This document shows, piece after piece, positions 50,082 to 61,933 of a stretch of DNA of 64,000 nucleotides (position 1 is the first letter of the stretch; each line of letters starts with the position of its first letter). The position numbers and the translations under genes are program-made. The notes below the pieces were generated by a model that saw only the letters and a program-made list of their open reading frames with translations, was not told where the DNA came from and ran no database searches. The stretch lies in the IMG/VR virus record IMGVR_UViG_3300016486_001578. The stretch is one strand, 5' to 3'. This DNA is from a virus. Taxonomy: Duplodnaviria; Caudoviricetes.

Positions 50082-50331
50082 ATTTAAGTTTAGATGTCAT
50101 ATTTTTAGCATCTCTCATCATAGAGCCAGTATCAAAATTATTCATACCAGATAAATCACTTTGTTGTTGTTCTTGTGTTTTTCTATTATCTTCTTCCTCT
50201 TCGAGTATATCATTGACTAATTTTATGTTTTCTTCAAACATCCAATATGGCCAATTATCTATAGATACTTCTTGTAAATTAAAATTCTTTTGTAGTAATA
50301 ATTTATTCTTCAATAAATGCGTCAAAGGCAT
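50080..50331 (-). CDS. Small baseplate-hub-associated protein (start reassigned to MPLTHLL)
   Basis: LLQKNFN...IDNWPYW..E..I motif; directly downstream of the gp26-like gene. Confidence 0.5.
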   Translation of the reverse strand: MPLTHLLKNKLLLQKNFNLQEVSIDNWPYWMFEENIKLVNDILEEEEDNRKTQEQQQSDLSGMNNFDTGSMMRDAKNMTSKLK

Positions 50332-51244
50332 CTTGAATAACGAAAATTCCTGAGGCACCGTTGGGAAATTGCATTTCTGCGTGTACCTCCGAGCCACAAT
50401 CACATTTTTTCATAAGACCTTTTATTCCAAAAGTCATTTTACTTATTGCTGAATTTAAAAATTGAAATGATTCATCATCCATTTCTTCAAATTCCACTAA
50501 TTTTGATTTAATACCATCATAACTAATTGATGTTCTACCAGATAACATAAATGGTACTATTTTTAAAAATGAAAGATTTGGTGTTTTTTTATCCACATTT
50601 TCTCTTATTATATAATCAGAGAAAGATTTTTGTAAACCAATATTAGGTGGTGATACTTCATATTCCTTTCTATTTTTTAATTTGAACTTAAATGAATTAG
50701 TTGATGTGCTAAAAAACCTTTCTAACTTTTCATCCAATTCGTGGAAAACAAAATGTTTTGTCTTAAGTTCTATATTTACCTGTTTATTATCTACTTCACA
50801 AATTTCTTTTATAGATAACTCATTTCCTTGTTGGAATGTTAATTCCCTTATTAGGAATACTAAGAATAATCTATCTTGGTCCTTCACATCTAAGTAAGAC
50901 GATACTGAGCCATCTGGGTATTTTATTCTCACACAAGATTGTAGTATATTGTTCATTTTCTCAACTATATCATAGAAATTATTATCATCCACCATTGAGT
51001 ATGCTTGTATTTCTTTAACTTGTGCTGGTCTAACCATCATAAGTGTTCCTATTGGATAAAATTTACCACAAGGTAATGAATCAGCACTAAAATTGAAATA
51101 TTGTAATTCATTTACTCTAGTTGATTCGACTTGTATTGGTTCATTTAGATTACTATTCATTTCTTCTTTTCCTTTATCTAAGTTAGATAAATGGTTTTTT
51201 AGATAGTCTTCTTCTGATAATTCCTTTTTTTCTTTATCGGCCAT
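50303..51244 (-). CDS. Baseplate hub subunit (T4 gp26-like)
   Basis: LPC.KFYP...VRP..VKE...DRLFL.FLIRELT...C..D and C-terminal CDCG. Confidence 0.65.
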   Translation of the reverse strand: MADKEKKELSEEDYLKNHLSNLDKGKEEMNSNLNEPIQVESTRVNELQYFNFSADSLPCGKFYPIGTLMMVRPAQVKEIQAYSMVDDNNFYDIVEKMNNILQSCVRIKYPDGSVSSYLDVKDQDRLFLVFLIRELTFQQGNELSIKEICEVDNKQVNIELKTKHFVFHELDEKLERFFSTSTNSFKFKLKNRKEYEVSPPNIGLQKSFSDYIIRENVDKKTPNLSFLKIVPFMLSGRTSISYDGIKSKLVEFEEMDDESFQFLNSAISKMTFGIKGLMKKCDCGSEVHAEMQFPNGASGIFVIQDAFDAFIEE

Positions 51245-51330
51245 TGTTCTATTGTTATTTTTAATTATATATTTATTACTAATATATTCCCCTTTATACC
51301 AAAAAAGGTGATATTAGTTTAAATATTAAC

Positions 51331-51849
51331 TTAAATAATAATAAATTCTATTTTAGCAAAAATAAAATCACTTGTTTTATAACTTCCTCCTATTGAAGAT
51401 AAATGATCTCCAATAACATAGTGGAAATTACCACCACCGATTCCGGTAAATTTATAGATAGGTAATGAATAGTCTTCGGGGTTTGTAACTTGCTGTGATC
51501 TATCATTGAAAAATATAATAAATTTAGATTTGAATCCCTCATCAACCAATCTATCTCTAATTTCCGACATTGTATCCAATATGGTATTGAACTCTAATTC
51601 AAGACCTTCTTTTTTTATACACTTTCTTATTTCTATTCTGGTGTAGAAATCAGCATCATTATTTATACTTAATGACCAATCATCATCAATTAGGTCATAA
51701 AAATAAATACTAAATTCGTCTGATATTTCATTCTTGTTAGTTGGTTTATCGGTTTGATATCTACTGCTTATTCTTTTCCTATTATTAAATTGTGCGTAGG
51801 AATTTAATCTATTTAGATTATCGCTTATTTCTTTTAATGACTTAGCCAA
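51331..51849 (-). CDS. Hypothetical protein
   Basis: ORF. Confidence 0.5.
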   Translation of the reverse strand: MAKSLKEISDNLNRLNSYAQFNNRKRISSRYQTDKPTNKNEISDEFSIYFYDLIDDDWSLSINNDADFYTRIEIRKCIKKEGLELEFNTILDTMSEIRDRLVDEGFKSKFIIFFNDRSQQVTNPEDYSLPIYKFTGIGGGNFHYVIGDHLSSIGGSYKTSDFIFAKIEFIII

Positions 51850-51873
51850 TTTTTCATCATTTGACTCATTTTT

Positions 51874-52458
51874 TTAAATAATTTCATAATTTTCAAATTT
51901 AAGGTTTTTACCAATATCAAAATCAAATAGGTAAGATACTTCTTTTAGTCTATCTAATATAATATTATTACCTTGTATAACATCTAATTCATTTATTAAA
52001 TTCACCAATTCTAATAGACTACTAGTATCAAATAATGATGTCTCTTTGAATAGATTAATTACTTCGCTAACTGGGTTATTTGTTATATCTACATCTCCTC
52101 CTATTGATATTGGTATATCAACTAGTGTTTTTATTTCATTAAAACTACAATGAAAGTTACCAATTATTTTTGTTGGTGAGTATTCTAATGTTTTTAATTC
52201 ATTACTACTACAATCAAAATATTCACCCACATATATGGGTGATCCTTTTAGTGATTCTAATTCATTCCCATAGCAAAAAAATGATCCACTGACATTCCTA
52301 AAATTTATTGGAAATCCAATTAGTTTTTTATATGATATATCCACGGTTCCATCAACATCGATTGATTTATCCGAATTTATAGTATAGTTTCCTATTTGGT
52401 ATTTTTCACATAGAAACTTTATATTCCTATTAAAATCTTTATACCTCATTACTTCCAT
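51874..52458 (-). CDS. LRR-like repeat protein (22-aa L.SL.G.P..VGG.F.C..N)
   Basis: Repeats; paralog of 61934. Confidence 0.7.
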   Translation of the reverse strand: MEVMRYKDFNRNIKFLCEKYQIGNYTINSDKSIDVDGTVDISYKKLIGFPINFRNVSGSFFCYGNELESLKGSPIYVGEYFDCSSNELKTLEYSPTKIIGNFHCSFNEIKTLVDIPISIGGDVDITNNPVSEVINLFKETSLFDTSSLLELVNLINELDVIQGNNIILDRLKEVSYLFDFDIGKNLKFENYEII

Positions 52459-52493
52459 TCATTATATATTTAAACAAAAAAGCCTATATTTTT

Positions 52494-54203
52494 TTAACCA
52501 ACCCATTCCCATTTCTTTAAACCACAATCCCATATTCTATAAGAATTTATTTCATTGTACATTATCTCTCTTTCTGATTTGTTTTTATCATAGCCCATTT
52601 TTATTAGTCTAGATTTTCTATATTTAGATTTATGAACACGCTCATTACCAATGACCCATTTATAGTTTACATCTGATATACCAACCATATTAAATCCTAA
52701 TTTTTCATATAGTCCACCATTAAATAATGATAAATCCGAATAGGAAATTATTTTAGATGTGTTGTTATTTCTTATGAAATGTTTTAGAAGCCTAGATGAT
52801 CCACCAATTACACTAGTATTTAAAATATTTGAAAACCTCGAAAGCTCATATGAATCACACCCCACCTCTTCTCTATTCTTACCAAAGCACATCAAGCTAA
52901 CCAATTCATTATTATAATATAAGCCAATTTTTATTTTAGACTTATTATCACCTTGTATATGATTTTTATTTAAAAATTTACTGGATTCCTCTTTCTTAAC
53001 TTCTCTAATCTCGCACTTTCTAGCGTATATTTTGTTTTCGATTTTATGTAGTTTGTTTTTTATTATTGATTTTACTATATCATTTTTTAACTTCCAATCA
53101 TCCTCCCATATATGTATTAGTTCAATTCCAATCGATTCACATAATTTTGTCTTTTTTATATGGTAATTTTTGTCTTTATTTAACTCTGAGTGCCAATATA
53201 ACCCATTGAATTCAAATGCTAGATTAATATCAGGTAAATAAATATCTAATTCTTTACCATTTAATAATTTTCTATCCGATCTTATTATCTCATCATTATA
53301 TATCTCATTTATAAAATTAAACAAGGAAACTTCTTGACCAGATATGTGTTTTTTTAATGGGTTACAATTTGTGCATATAATAGTTTCTTGTTTGTGTCTT
53401 ATTTGTAGATGCTCTCTATGTATTTTGAATTCACTTTGACAATCATTACATTTAAATTTAATTTTCCTATTTTCATAATTTATATCAATTAAATCTATAT
53501 TAATATTATCTATTTTTAGAAGAACACTCTCATATAATGAATTTTCTTTTGATATTTTTGTTTTAATTGTGCCCTTTTTATGTATTTCTTTGTTGCTCCA
53601 AGGGTGGTGATATCCATACCTTTCAAGTGAAGTTTTTTTATAACTTTTATTCCATGATTCTATATTCATCTTAAATGATTCTATTCTTTTATTTATTATT
53701 TCATCAACCTGATTAACATTATCCACTCCATATTTCTCCTTTACAGTATTTAATCTTTTATCCTTTATCTTCTGTTTTTCTACCTTTGTCCTATTTTGAT
53801 ATTTTTTTGATATTTTTTTCTTTATATCCTTATTCATGGAAGCATGTTTATCTCCATATTTTAATATATTTGAATCTTCTTTCTTTTTCTTTATTTTAGG
53901 ATCTAAACCAACACACCTATTTGAGCAGTAATTAAGATAGCCAATTTTTGAGTTCTTAAATTTGACTTTTTTTTCACAAAAGTCATTTTTACACAAAACG
54001 ATACTATTTATATTACTATAACATAGATATACTTTTTCTTTGAATGTCAGTTCGTCTATTAATGAATAACCATCTATTATATACTTATAATCATTTTTAA
54101 AATTATTTAACACATATTTTTCGGAAGACATTTTTCCGGATTTATTATTGAACTTATATTCTTCTATAAATTTATCACTTAACATAGTTTGATATTTTAA
54201 CAT
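52494..54203 (-). CDS. Putative Hef-like homing endonuclease with KYG repeats
   Basis: YCSNRC; KYG..N repeats; ELDIYLPDINLAFEFNGLYWH nuclease motif; IHIWEDDW; ARKC; WDCG. Confidence 0.75.
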   Translation of the reverse strand: MLKYQTMLSDKFIEEYKFNNKSGKMSSEKYVLNNFKNDYKYIIDGYSLIDELTFKEKVYLCYSNINSIVLCKNDFCEKKVKFKNSKIGYLNYCSNRCVGLDPKIKKKKEDSNILKYGDKHASMNKDIKKKISKKYQNRTKVEKQKIKDKRLNTVKEKYGVDNVNQVDEIINKRIESFKMNIESWNKSYKKTSLERYGYHHPWSNKEIHKKGTIKTKISKENSLYESVLLKIDNINIDLIDINYENRKIKFKCNDCQSEFKIHREHLQIRHKQETIICTNCNPLKKHISGQEVSLFNFINEIYNDEIIRSDRKLLNGKELDIYLPDINLAFEFNGLYWHSELNKDKNYHIKKTKLCESIGIELIHIWEDDWKLKNDIVKSIIKNKLHKIENKIYARKCEIREVKKEESSKFLNKNHIQGDNKSKIKIGLYYNNELVSLMCFGKNREEVGCDSYELSRFSNILNTSVIGGSSRLLKHFIRNNNTSKIISYSDLSLFNGGLYEKLGFNMVGISDVNYKWVIGNERVHKSKYRKSRLIKMGYDKNKSEREIMYNEINSYRIWDCGLKKWEWVG

Positions 54204-54235
54204 ATATATTAAATACCCCTATGTTTGTTTGTATA

Positions 54236-54268
54236 AAAAAACCTATATTTTTAAGATATAGGCTTTTT
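54236..54268 (-). terminator. Terminator after the tail sheath gene
   Basis: AAAAAACCTATAT...ATATAGGCTTTTTT. Confidence 0.55.
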
Positions 54269-54277
54269 TAATATATT

Positions 54278-57200
54278 TTATCCGTTTATAAATCCACCGG
54301 CTGATATAGCCCCAGTTCTAAGTATTGTGATATTATTAACGATAATACCCATACCGCGTATGGGTTCAACATAAGTATCAAGAACACCAATTTGGTTATC
54401 TATAATCTCAGATGTATTATTTTCATCATCCATTTTATTGAAGTAATTATATAATCCATTTTTACTTACATATGTTTCACAAATAACATCAGCTCTAAGT
54501 TTTATCTCAGCTCTAACATCAGGTGTGTTAAATTTCCATTGATAATCTAACAACATTCTTGATAATTCTCTTTCTAGTTCAATAAGAACTTCTCTTACGT
54601 GAATATAAGAAAGTGCTGATGAATAAAGAACTTGTCCAGTATTCTCTGTTTCGATTATATATCCTCTATTTCTTTTGAATACAATAGGATTCATTTGAGC
54701 TAGATTTAAATTCTCTATATCAGATGGTGAATAATCCATTTCCAATCCAGCGATATTAGTAATTCTACCATTTGTAACACCCGCTGCAATAGTCCAAGGA
54801 GTAATTGCAGTAACATTTGAGATATGTTTTCTCATGTATGTTGTAGCGGCATAAGACGCTGGCGGCATATCCAATGGTCTTCCATTATCATTCACTGTTA
54901 AGTAAGGTGTGAAATATCCAACTGTTGTTGTTCCGGCTCCCTCTCCAAATGAGTAAAGGAAAGCTGGGTTACTTTCTGGGTCACCACCTTGGCCTATGAA
55001 TGAAGTTTGTAATGTTCCCTCACTATCTACAAAAGATGGTGATGATGAATTTTTGAAACTTCTCAACGAAGGCATATTTATGAACCCAAAGGCATCTAAT
55101 CTATCTCCACAGATATCTACCAATTGTTGTTTAGATCTTTCAACCAAACCAAGTCCAAATGAATCAATTAAGTATCTGAAATCAATGGCTTCTTTGTTAG
55201 TAAGAGCTTTGAACATTGGTGTTCCTTTAGCTACTAAGTTTAAGATTTGATTTTGTCTATCTTCTGTACCATCTGGTAATGAATTTCCTCTTACTTTAAA
55301 ACCTTTAAGTGATAGAGCCTTGTATGTAGTAGCATAATTATCTATTCCAACATATCTCATTGATTGTAAATCATCTGTACCATAAGTATAAACTTTTATT
55401 CTTGAATCACAAGTTATCTCAGATAATGATGTGTCTCCTGAATATTGTCTTTTGCTTAGTATTCTAGTAAGTTTCCTCGCAACTTGACCAGCTTCTAAAA
55501 CAACATCTGTATCAACATATGCTTCAAGGAAGTCACCGATTTTTACTTCAGTATATCTATCAGCTTTTACTAAAACTTTGTTGTTTTCTCTAACATAACC
55601 ACTTGGCACTTCTATCTCAAGTGATTGTTTAAGGTTAGATTTTGATGATTGTATAAATATTGTATTATTCGCTGTTGTGTTTATAGAATTTGTGGCTTCT
55701 AGTAATTCATCAGTGAAGTTTACTATCATATCACCATCATTTTCTATATACATTTTAAGGTATATTAAATCAGAATAATCATATACTAAATCAACATCAA
55801 ATAAATCTTCTGCAACTACTTCTTCGTTAACTTGGTAGGCATAAAAATCACCACCCGTATATCCAAGTGCAATAGCTAATAATGAAGGACTTAATGATGT
55901 TACCTCATCTGTCATTATTGTGAATGTTCCTGGGTTATTTAATGAACTAGGAACTAAAATTTGTTCTCCCGTTTGTAGAGCCATCTCTGAACTAACTGTA
56001 TCGGTTGATCCAAAAACTACATAGTCATACCCAGCATAAGAGAAAGTTGGACTACCATTTGGTGAGTCTTCGCCATCTACAAATGTTATTGTAACTGTTT
56101 CTCCTAATAAGGCATTAGTGGTTCCAGTTGAATCAACATATAGTCTATTTGTATTAAATGTATCTTTTGTATTTATTATTCCATCATAGAACCTACTATA
56201 TAATAAGGAGTCTTTGGCAACAACCCCCATACCACTTAGATCAGCAGTATTATTTGTTGTTTCTAATCCATCTTCTCCGAATATTATTTCATTATCAACT
56301 GTATATATAACTAAGTAACCATCAACAACATCTACTAAATCCGATGATGTTAATGTTGTTTGTAATTCGAATGATTTATTTTCGAATGTAGAAGTTACTA
56401 TGTTTGATATAGAAGCATCTTCTAATCTATATTTTATAGAATAATTTGTTGGTCCTAAGTTCATAGCCATTTTATCTAAGTTGGCACTATCTAATAAATT
56501 AACTAATCTATTAAAAAGTTTAAATCTTCTATATTGTTTATAATTCTTAACATCAGGTGTTGTGTTTGTTCCTAAGAATTCAAATGTTAGTTTACCACTA
56601 CTATTATCTGATATCCTTAAATCAGTTCCTAATACCAAATCCACATAACCAATATCACTCATTGATACTTCTACTGGTGTAACACTAGATGTTGCGAAAT
56701 AACCAGCTGGCGTAACATCAAAATCTACGTAACTCAAAACGATATCCGTTGATAATACACTAGGTGAATCACCAGCGGTGAATGATTTATTTAACTTTAT
56801 CTCACCATCATCTCCTAATATAAGAGCCACTTTATAAGAAGCGGTTGCTGATGTTGTTGGATAATCTGTATTATTAATAGATACTGAAACAGTACCAGGA
56901 GCTATATCTATTTTTTCATCACCAATTATGGTAAAAGAACCCTCATCTACGACATGGCTAACACCTATTGTTGTTCCACTTATTATAACAGACCCAACAT
57001 CTAAATTAACTCCATATATAGAGTTCTCAGAGAACCAAGCCGTTCTATTGTCAAAAAGTACAACTCCATCATCATCAAGTGTGCTAGTAGTTAAATCACC
57101 ACCATAAGCGTGTTTTTCTTGTCCTGTATATGAAAATCCGGAAGATGTGTTACCAAGAAATGATGTAACATTACCAGGCAAATCTAAAGGAGTTGCTGTT

Positions 57201-58209
57201 ATTTCTATTTCTTCTGAAATAGTCTCTTTATATGATAAAAATTCTATATCTTTTTCATTTACACCAACTACTGTGTTTCCTAGTAAATCTATTTTACCAT
57301 TGTAAAATTCTTCTTCGATTAAATCGTTGTTGAATGCACAAATAAACCAGTTGTATCTGTATCTCTATTTATTGTTGTTTCAATAAATATATTTGTTCCA
57401 TTAAGATCTCTGAAATAAGGTATCAATGATACTCCTTCATAATAAGATAATAATGTTATATTTCTATCATTTGCAAAATTTCTAACTTGTTCTTTTAATA
57501 AACCAGACGGGTTAAAATATTCACTCCATCTTGGATCCACTGACAATTCTTGGTAATTTGACCAATCACCACCAACCACTATTACGTCTAATAAATAATC
57601 AGATGCGTAATCTTGTGCGTTAACATAAGGAGGCATTTTCTCAACTGATCCATACCATTCTAATAGTGTTCTATCAAATCCACTTCTTGATGATTTGAAA
57701 ACAAATGCCGTTATTGGTCTATCGGATAAATTTGTTAAATTAAATGCTCTTTCAGAATAACCTGTGTTACCTGATGTTAAATTTATAAAAGATTCTGTGT
57801 CTCTTTTCCAAAATCCAGTTGTATCGAATAACCTTCTATAAGGTCCTTCTCTTTTTATATCATTATCATATACAGCAGCTGATGAAAGTGATTTGTACTC
57901 AACCGTGTCTAATTCATCATCTGTTAATAATAAGTTCATAACGAAGACCGGGGCCGTTTCTAACATTTTAGAAACTGTTCTATGAAAGAAAGATCCTTTT
58001 CTTTCTAACCCTCTGTCTAATTGACCAAAGATAGATTCAAGTGATTGAATAGATGTTAATCTTATAGGAGCATTGAATGGGCCTTTTTTAGAAACACCTA
58101 TAACAAGATTAGTTAAACCCTCGACAATAGGTGAGGAAGTTAATGATTCGTCATATTCTTCTATGAATATACCTGGTCTATTATATTTTCCAATTTGAAT
58201 ATTTGCCAT
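54278..58209 (-). CDS. Contractile tail sheath protein (gp18-like, about 1300 aa; frameshift near 57340)
   Basis: N-terminal RPGIFIEEYD...GVSKKGPFN; C-terminal PWTIAAG..NG, MNPI, IHVREVL, FNTPDVR, MDDENNT.EIID; reading continues across a 1-nt shift. Confidence 0.9.
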
Positions 58210-58280
58210 ATTTCTGTATTAATTTTTATTTAAAGTATATATAAAAACTTGAAAACGACATTTTTTCTATTTTATAGATA

Positions 58281-58805
58281 TTATTGAATCTTCTCTATCC
58301 AGTTTTCCATGTCGGACTTTATCTTAATCATCCTTTCTTCGTGTTCTTTCTCTAATTCTGGTAATCCCTTTTTCTTATCGTTTGTTTTCGATTTTATATC
58401 ATTTATTTGATCTTTTACTTTAGATATTCGATCATTTATTGATGGTTTTGACTCATCACTAGCGTCTGATAATCTATCATTCAACTCTTTTACCTCTAGG
58501 TATTTCTCACTTTCTTTTACCTTTAAATCTTCTATTGATTTTTTCATAGAGGCTATTCCAGAGTAACTGACAAGAAATTCATTCCTATCACCATCTTTGC
58601 CTACTATTTTTTCTAATTCTCCTTGTGGAACATCATCGGATTTATATAAATTATCAATCGCTGATTTTTTAGAATTAAAATCTGATAATTTAATTTTTAA
58701 ATCATTTAATTTTTCTTTAGACATCTTCACTGATGCTTCGTCAGTATCTGTTATCTCAAATTCATCAGATTCAATGAATAATTTGTATTTTTTTATAATC
58801 TTCAT
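58281..58805 (-). CDS. Coiled-coil protein with tag
   Basis: MKIIKKYKLFIES. Confidence 0.6.
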   Translation of the reverse strand: MKIIKKYKLFIESDEFEITDTDEASVKMSKEKLNDLKIKLSDFNSKKSAIDNLYKSDDVPQGELEKIVGKDGDRNEFLVSYSGIASMKKSIEDLKVKESEKYLEVKELNDRLSDASDESKPSINDRISKVKDQINDIKSKTNDKKKGLPELEKEHEERMIKIKSDMENWIEKIQ

Positions 58806-58808
58806 TTT

Positions 58809-61800
58809 TTAATATTTCTTTAATATTTCTATCATACCACCATAATTACTACTATCTCCATTTTCTTTACCTATGCTTGTTGGTGTTTCTGATGGTACCT
58901 TAATAATATCACCACCACCATCTTTAAGAGAATAGAATTCCTTTATATCAAATGAATCACTAATCAGTTCTACTTCATTAATTTTTGTCGCAAATTTGGA
59001 TACATCTATAGACTTTATATCAAATGAGGTTACTTGTGTATCATCAAATGTTTTTTTATCTATTTTTCCAAAAAACATTTCAGATTTTTGGAAATTCATA
59101 CCTTTTATAGCACCTTCTACTATTTTGAAATCCTCTTTGCAATATTTTGCAATATTTTGAAAAGATTTAGAATATTTCAGATATACGCTATCTTCATTCT
59201 CTTTTATGAAAATTATATAGTAGATATTATCATCTGATAATTTAATAGAATGTATTGATCTATGTTTATTTTCTATACTTTTAACAGACTCAAATTTAGC
59301 AGTTACTCTTTCACTAGGCTTTATTTCCACTTCTTCCACATCATCAACAGGTTTCTTACCATCAGTAGGTTTATTATCACCAGGGTTTTTATCTCCATCT
59401 TTAATACCAAAATATTTTTCTATGAATATTTTCTGAGCACCTTTTTTATATAATTTGGTATCACCATCTAATAAATCATTAATAAACTTTAATAAAACCT
59501 TTCCGCCTCCTTTTAGTTTTCTACCATCACCCATATTTATAGATGTGTCTTTGTCGAATATTTTTTTATATTCATCATCCTTTATTATATCTAATATAGC
59601 CCCTTCGAATTTATCAAACATCTTATTATTTCTCCAAGGCCCACTACCAGGAGTATCAGGAGATGAATTACCACTACCCATGTTTGTATATTCTCTAAAC
59701 ACACTATTTGATACTTTTCCACCGGTTCTTCCTGATGGTATAACTGGTGTTGTGTATATTTTATATGCTTGGTTGAATAATTTAACAATTTCGAGTATGT
59801 GACCGAATGGTATTTCTTTTATCTTATTTTTTGATTCCTCAGCAGTTTTCTTTATATCTTCAACATCAGATTTCTCTATTATCCATCTATCATAATCCAT
59901 TTCTCTTGAGAAATATTCTTTTATTTCAGTAGATGTTCTATCAACCTTTGCTTTTACAAACTCATTCATCTTCATGAAAGATTTGTAATTTGATAACTTT
60001 TCATTCTTCTCAAAATCTGTATTTATTAATTTAGTAAATAATTTATTGAATGTCTCTAGTGGTTTTCCAATTATTCCTAAACCACCATACATATATTGTC
60101 CTTCAAATTGTAGTGAAAATTTAGCGAATCTTGAAATTTTATCAGAATATACTTGTCTTTTTCTTATATCTGATATTTCGGCCATTCCTTCAAATAACTC
60201 ACCAATATCACCCATTCTATTGAACGTTTCTTTTATATCAATCATAAATAACTTTATAGCCTTCGAGTTTACGGATTTACCAGAAATATCCAGTTCTTTT
60301 GCTTTTGTTATTATGTCACCTAAAAACTCTCCATCTACTCCATTATCACTAAGAACTTTTATTTGTTTTTTTATCTTAGATAATGCTTTATTAAGTTGTT
60401 CTTCTTCCACTGAAAGTTCGGTTCTTTTTTCTAAAATAGATTCTGAACTGAAAAAACTAAAAGATTCTTTTACTGTTGTCATACTAGGCTCACTAATTTT
60501 GACCTTTGATTTTTCTCCCTTTTTCGGTAGTTTAGGAGTTGGTGATTTTATAGAAACCACTTTCCCTTGGTTTGTTATAACATCTTCTTCAGATTGGTAT
60601 TTTTTACCATAATATTCGATAGCTTCCTTTTTTGTATCAAGGATTATTGCTTTGCTAAGTATTGTATTTATATTTGTTGGTATTTGATTCTTTACCGGTG
60701 GTGTCAAAAACTCAACCCTACTACTAACATCACAACTTCCTATCTGCGTTTTGTAAAAATTATAATTTCTAGATGGCATAACTAACCACTTTCCCTTTAT
60801 ATTAGCATTAAACCAAGCTACTTCTTTTTCATTTAATTTAAAATCTTTGTTACTATTTATTACACTTTCTATATCTTTTAATTGAGCAAAGATATATTTA
60901 GATATTCTAACTATTATTTCTTTATTAAATGGTAAAATCTTTGGTGTTGATTTCCCTACATATCTTTTATTTGTAGTATCATATTTTGGTATATTAACTA
61001 CCAATTCACCACTTTCATTTAATTCTATTAATTTTTTAGTTTTTCTATACATTATACTATTTCCAGATATTTCCAAAATAGGCCATTTTGATACTTTACT
61101 ATCCGATAATAAATTATTTGTGAATTTTTTATCACTTGGTCTGAATTCATTTATAGATTTTATTATATTACTAAGAACATAATTTATACTTTTATTAGTC
61201 TTCTTATCATCCGCATCCTTTTCGGCCGTAGTTATAACATTATTTTTATTATCTATTACTAATTTTAGATTTTTTAGAATAGATATCATTTCAGAATATT
61301 TTATTTTTGGCATTTCCACAAGGCCAGGATCTTTATCAGATCCTTCTTCATCTCCCTCATCTTCTTTTTCTTCATCTTCTTCCTCATCAAATTCGGTTTC
61401 ACCATCTTCTTCATTGAAGGTTTTAAGGAATTTTAAGAAATCTTCCAATTGTTTTATAAGTTCTAATTTAGCTTCTTCTGATATATCATATTTTCCATCT
61501 TTTAATGATGTTTTTGATATTTTATATTCTTTAACCCAAGTTATTAAATTCTTTGTTTGTATAATTAAGTATTTTACTTTTCTACCTTCAAAAACAGAAT
61601 CTCTTAAATCACCCAATAGTTGTGATAATGTGACAAATCCAATCACTTCGGTCTCTTCTGAGGCATTTTTTATAGAATCTAATAGAATAGCATTAAATTC
61701 AGCTTTTATAGCTCTAGACTTTGATCCTATCTTTATTGTATTTGCGCCAATTTGCATTTTTCTTGATATCGAATTCAATAACCTACCAACCAGAGAGTCT

Positions 61801-61913
61801 CCCCAGTTTATATCATTACCCATTGGGCCACTACCCTCACCAGACATATCAAATTTTTCAAAAATTTTATTTTCTTTGTTTAAAAATTTATCTCTACCTT
61901 TTAAAAACTTCAT
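58809..61913 (-). CDS. Large hypothetical protein, likely virion-associated (1034 aa)
   Basis: Long ORF; tag-like motifs; upstream of the sheath gene. Confidence 0.65.
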   Translation of the reverse strand: MKFLKGRDKFLNKENKIFEKFDMSGEGSGPMGNDINWGDSLVGRLLNSISRKMQIGANTIKIGSKSRAIKAEFNAILLDSIKNASEETEVIGFVTLSQLLGDLRDSVFEGRKVKYLIIQTKNLITWVKEYKISKTSLKDGKYDISEEAKLELIKQLEDFLKFLKTFNEEDGETEFDEEEDEEKEDEGDEEGSDKDPGLVEMPKIKYSEMISILKNLKLVIDNKNNVITTAEKDADDKKTNKSINYVLSNIIKSINEFRPSDKKFTNNLLSDSKVSKWPILEISGNSIMYRKTKKLIELNESGELVVNIPKYDTTNKRYVGKSTPKILPFNKEIIVRISKYIFAQLKDIESVINSNKDFKLNEKEVAWFNANIKGKWLVMPSRNYNFYKTQIGSCDVSSRVEFLTPPVKNQIPTNINTILSKAIILDTKKEAIEYYGKKYQSEEDVITNQGKVVSIKSPTPKLPKKGEKSKVKISEPSMTTVKESFSFFSSESILEKRTELSVEEEQLNKALSKIKKQIKVLSDNGVDGEFLGDIITKAKELDISGKSVNSKAIKLFMIDIKETFNRMGDIGELFEGMAEISDIRKRQVYSDKISRFAKFSLQFEGQYMYGGLGIIGKPLETFNKLFTKLINTDFEKNEKLSNYKSFMKMNEFVKAKVDRTSTEIKEYFSREMDYDRWIIEKSDVEDIKKTAEESKNKIKEIPFGHILEIVKLFNQAYKIYTTPVIPSGRTGGKVSNSVFREYTNMGSGNSSPDTPGSGPWRNNKMFDKFEGAILDIIKDDEYKKIFDKDTSINMGDGRKLKGGGKVLLKFINDLLDGDTKLYKKGAQKIFIEKYFGIKDGDKNPGDNKPTDGKKPVDDVEEVEIKPSERVTAKFESVKSIENKHRSIHSIKLSDDNIYYIIFIKENEDSVYLKYSKSFQNIAKYCKEDFKIVEGAIKGMNFQKSEMFFGKIDKKTFDDTQVTSFDIKSIDVSKFATKINEVELISDSFDIKEFYSLKDGGGDIIKVPSETPTSIGKENGDSSNYGGMIEILKKY

Positions 61914-61933
61914 ACTATTACTTTATATTTTGT

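Noticed and set aside
57300-57345. Programmed frameshift in tail sheath (also RNA ligase ~7460, NADAR ~25710, Smr ~3910, HNH ~19540)
   Set aside because: Scattered single-base shifts, several at homopolymers and in an essential gene, are best explained by sequencing or assembly indels
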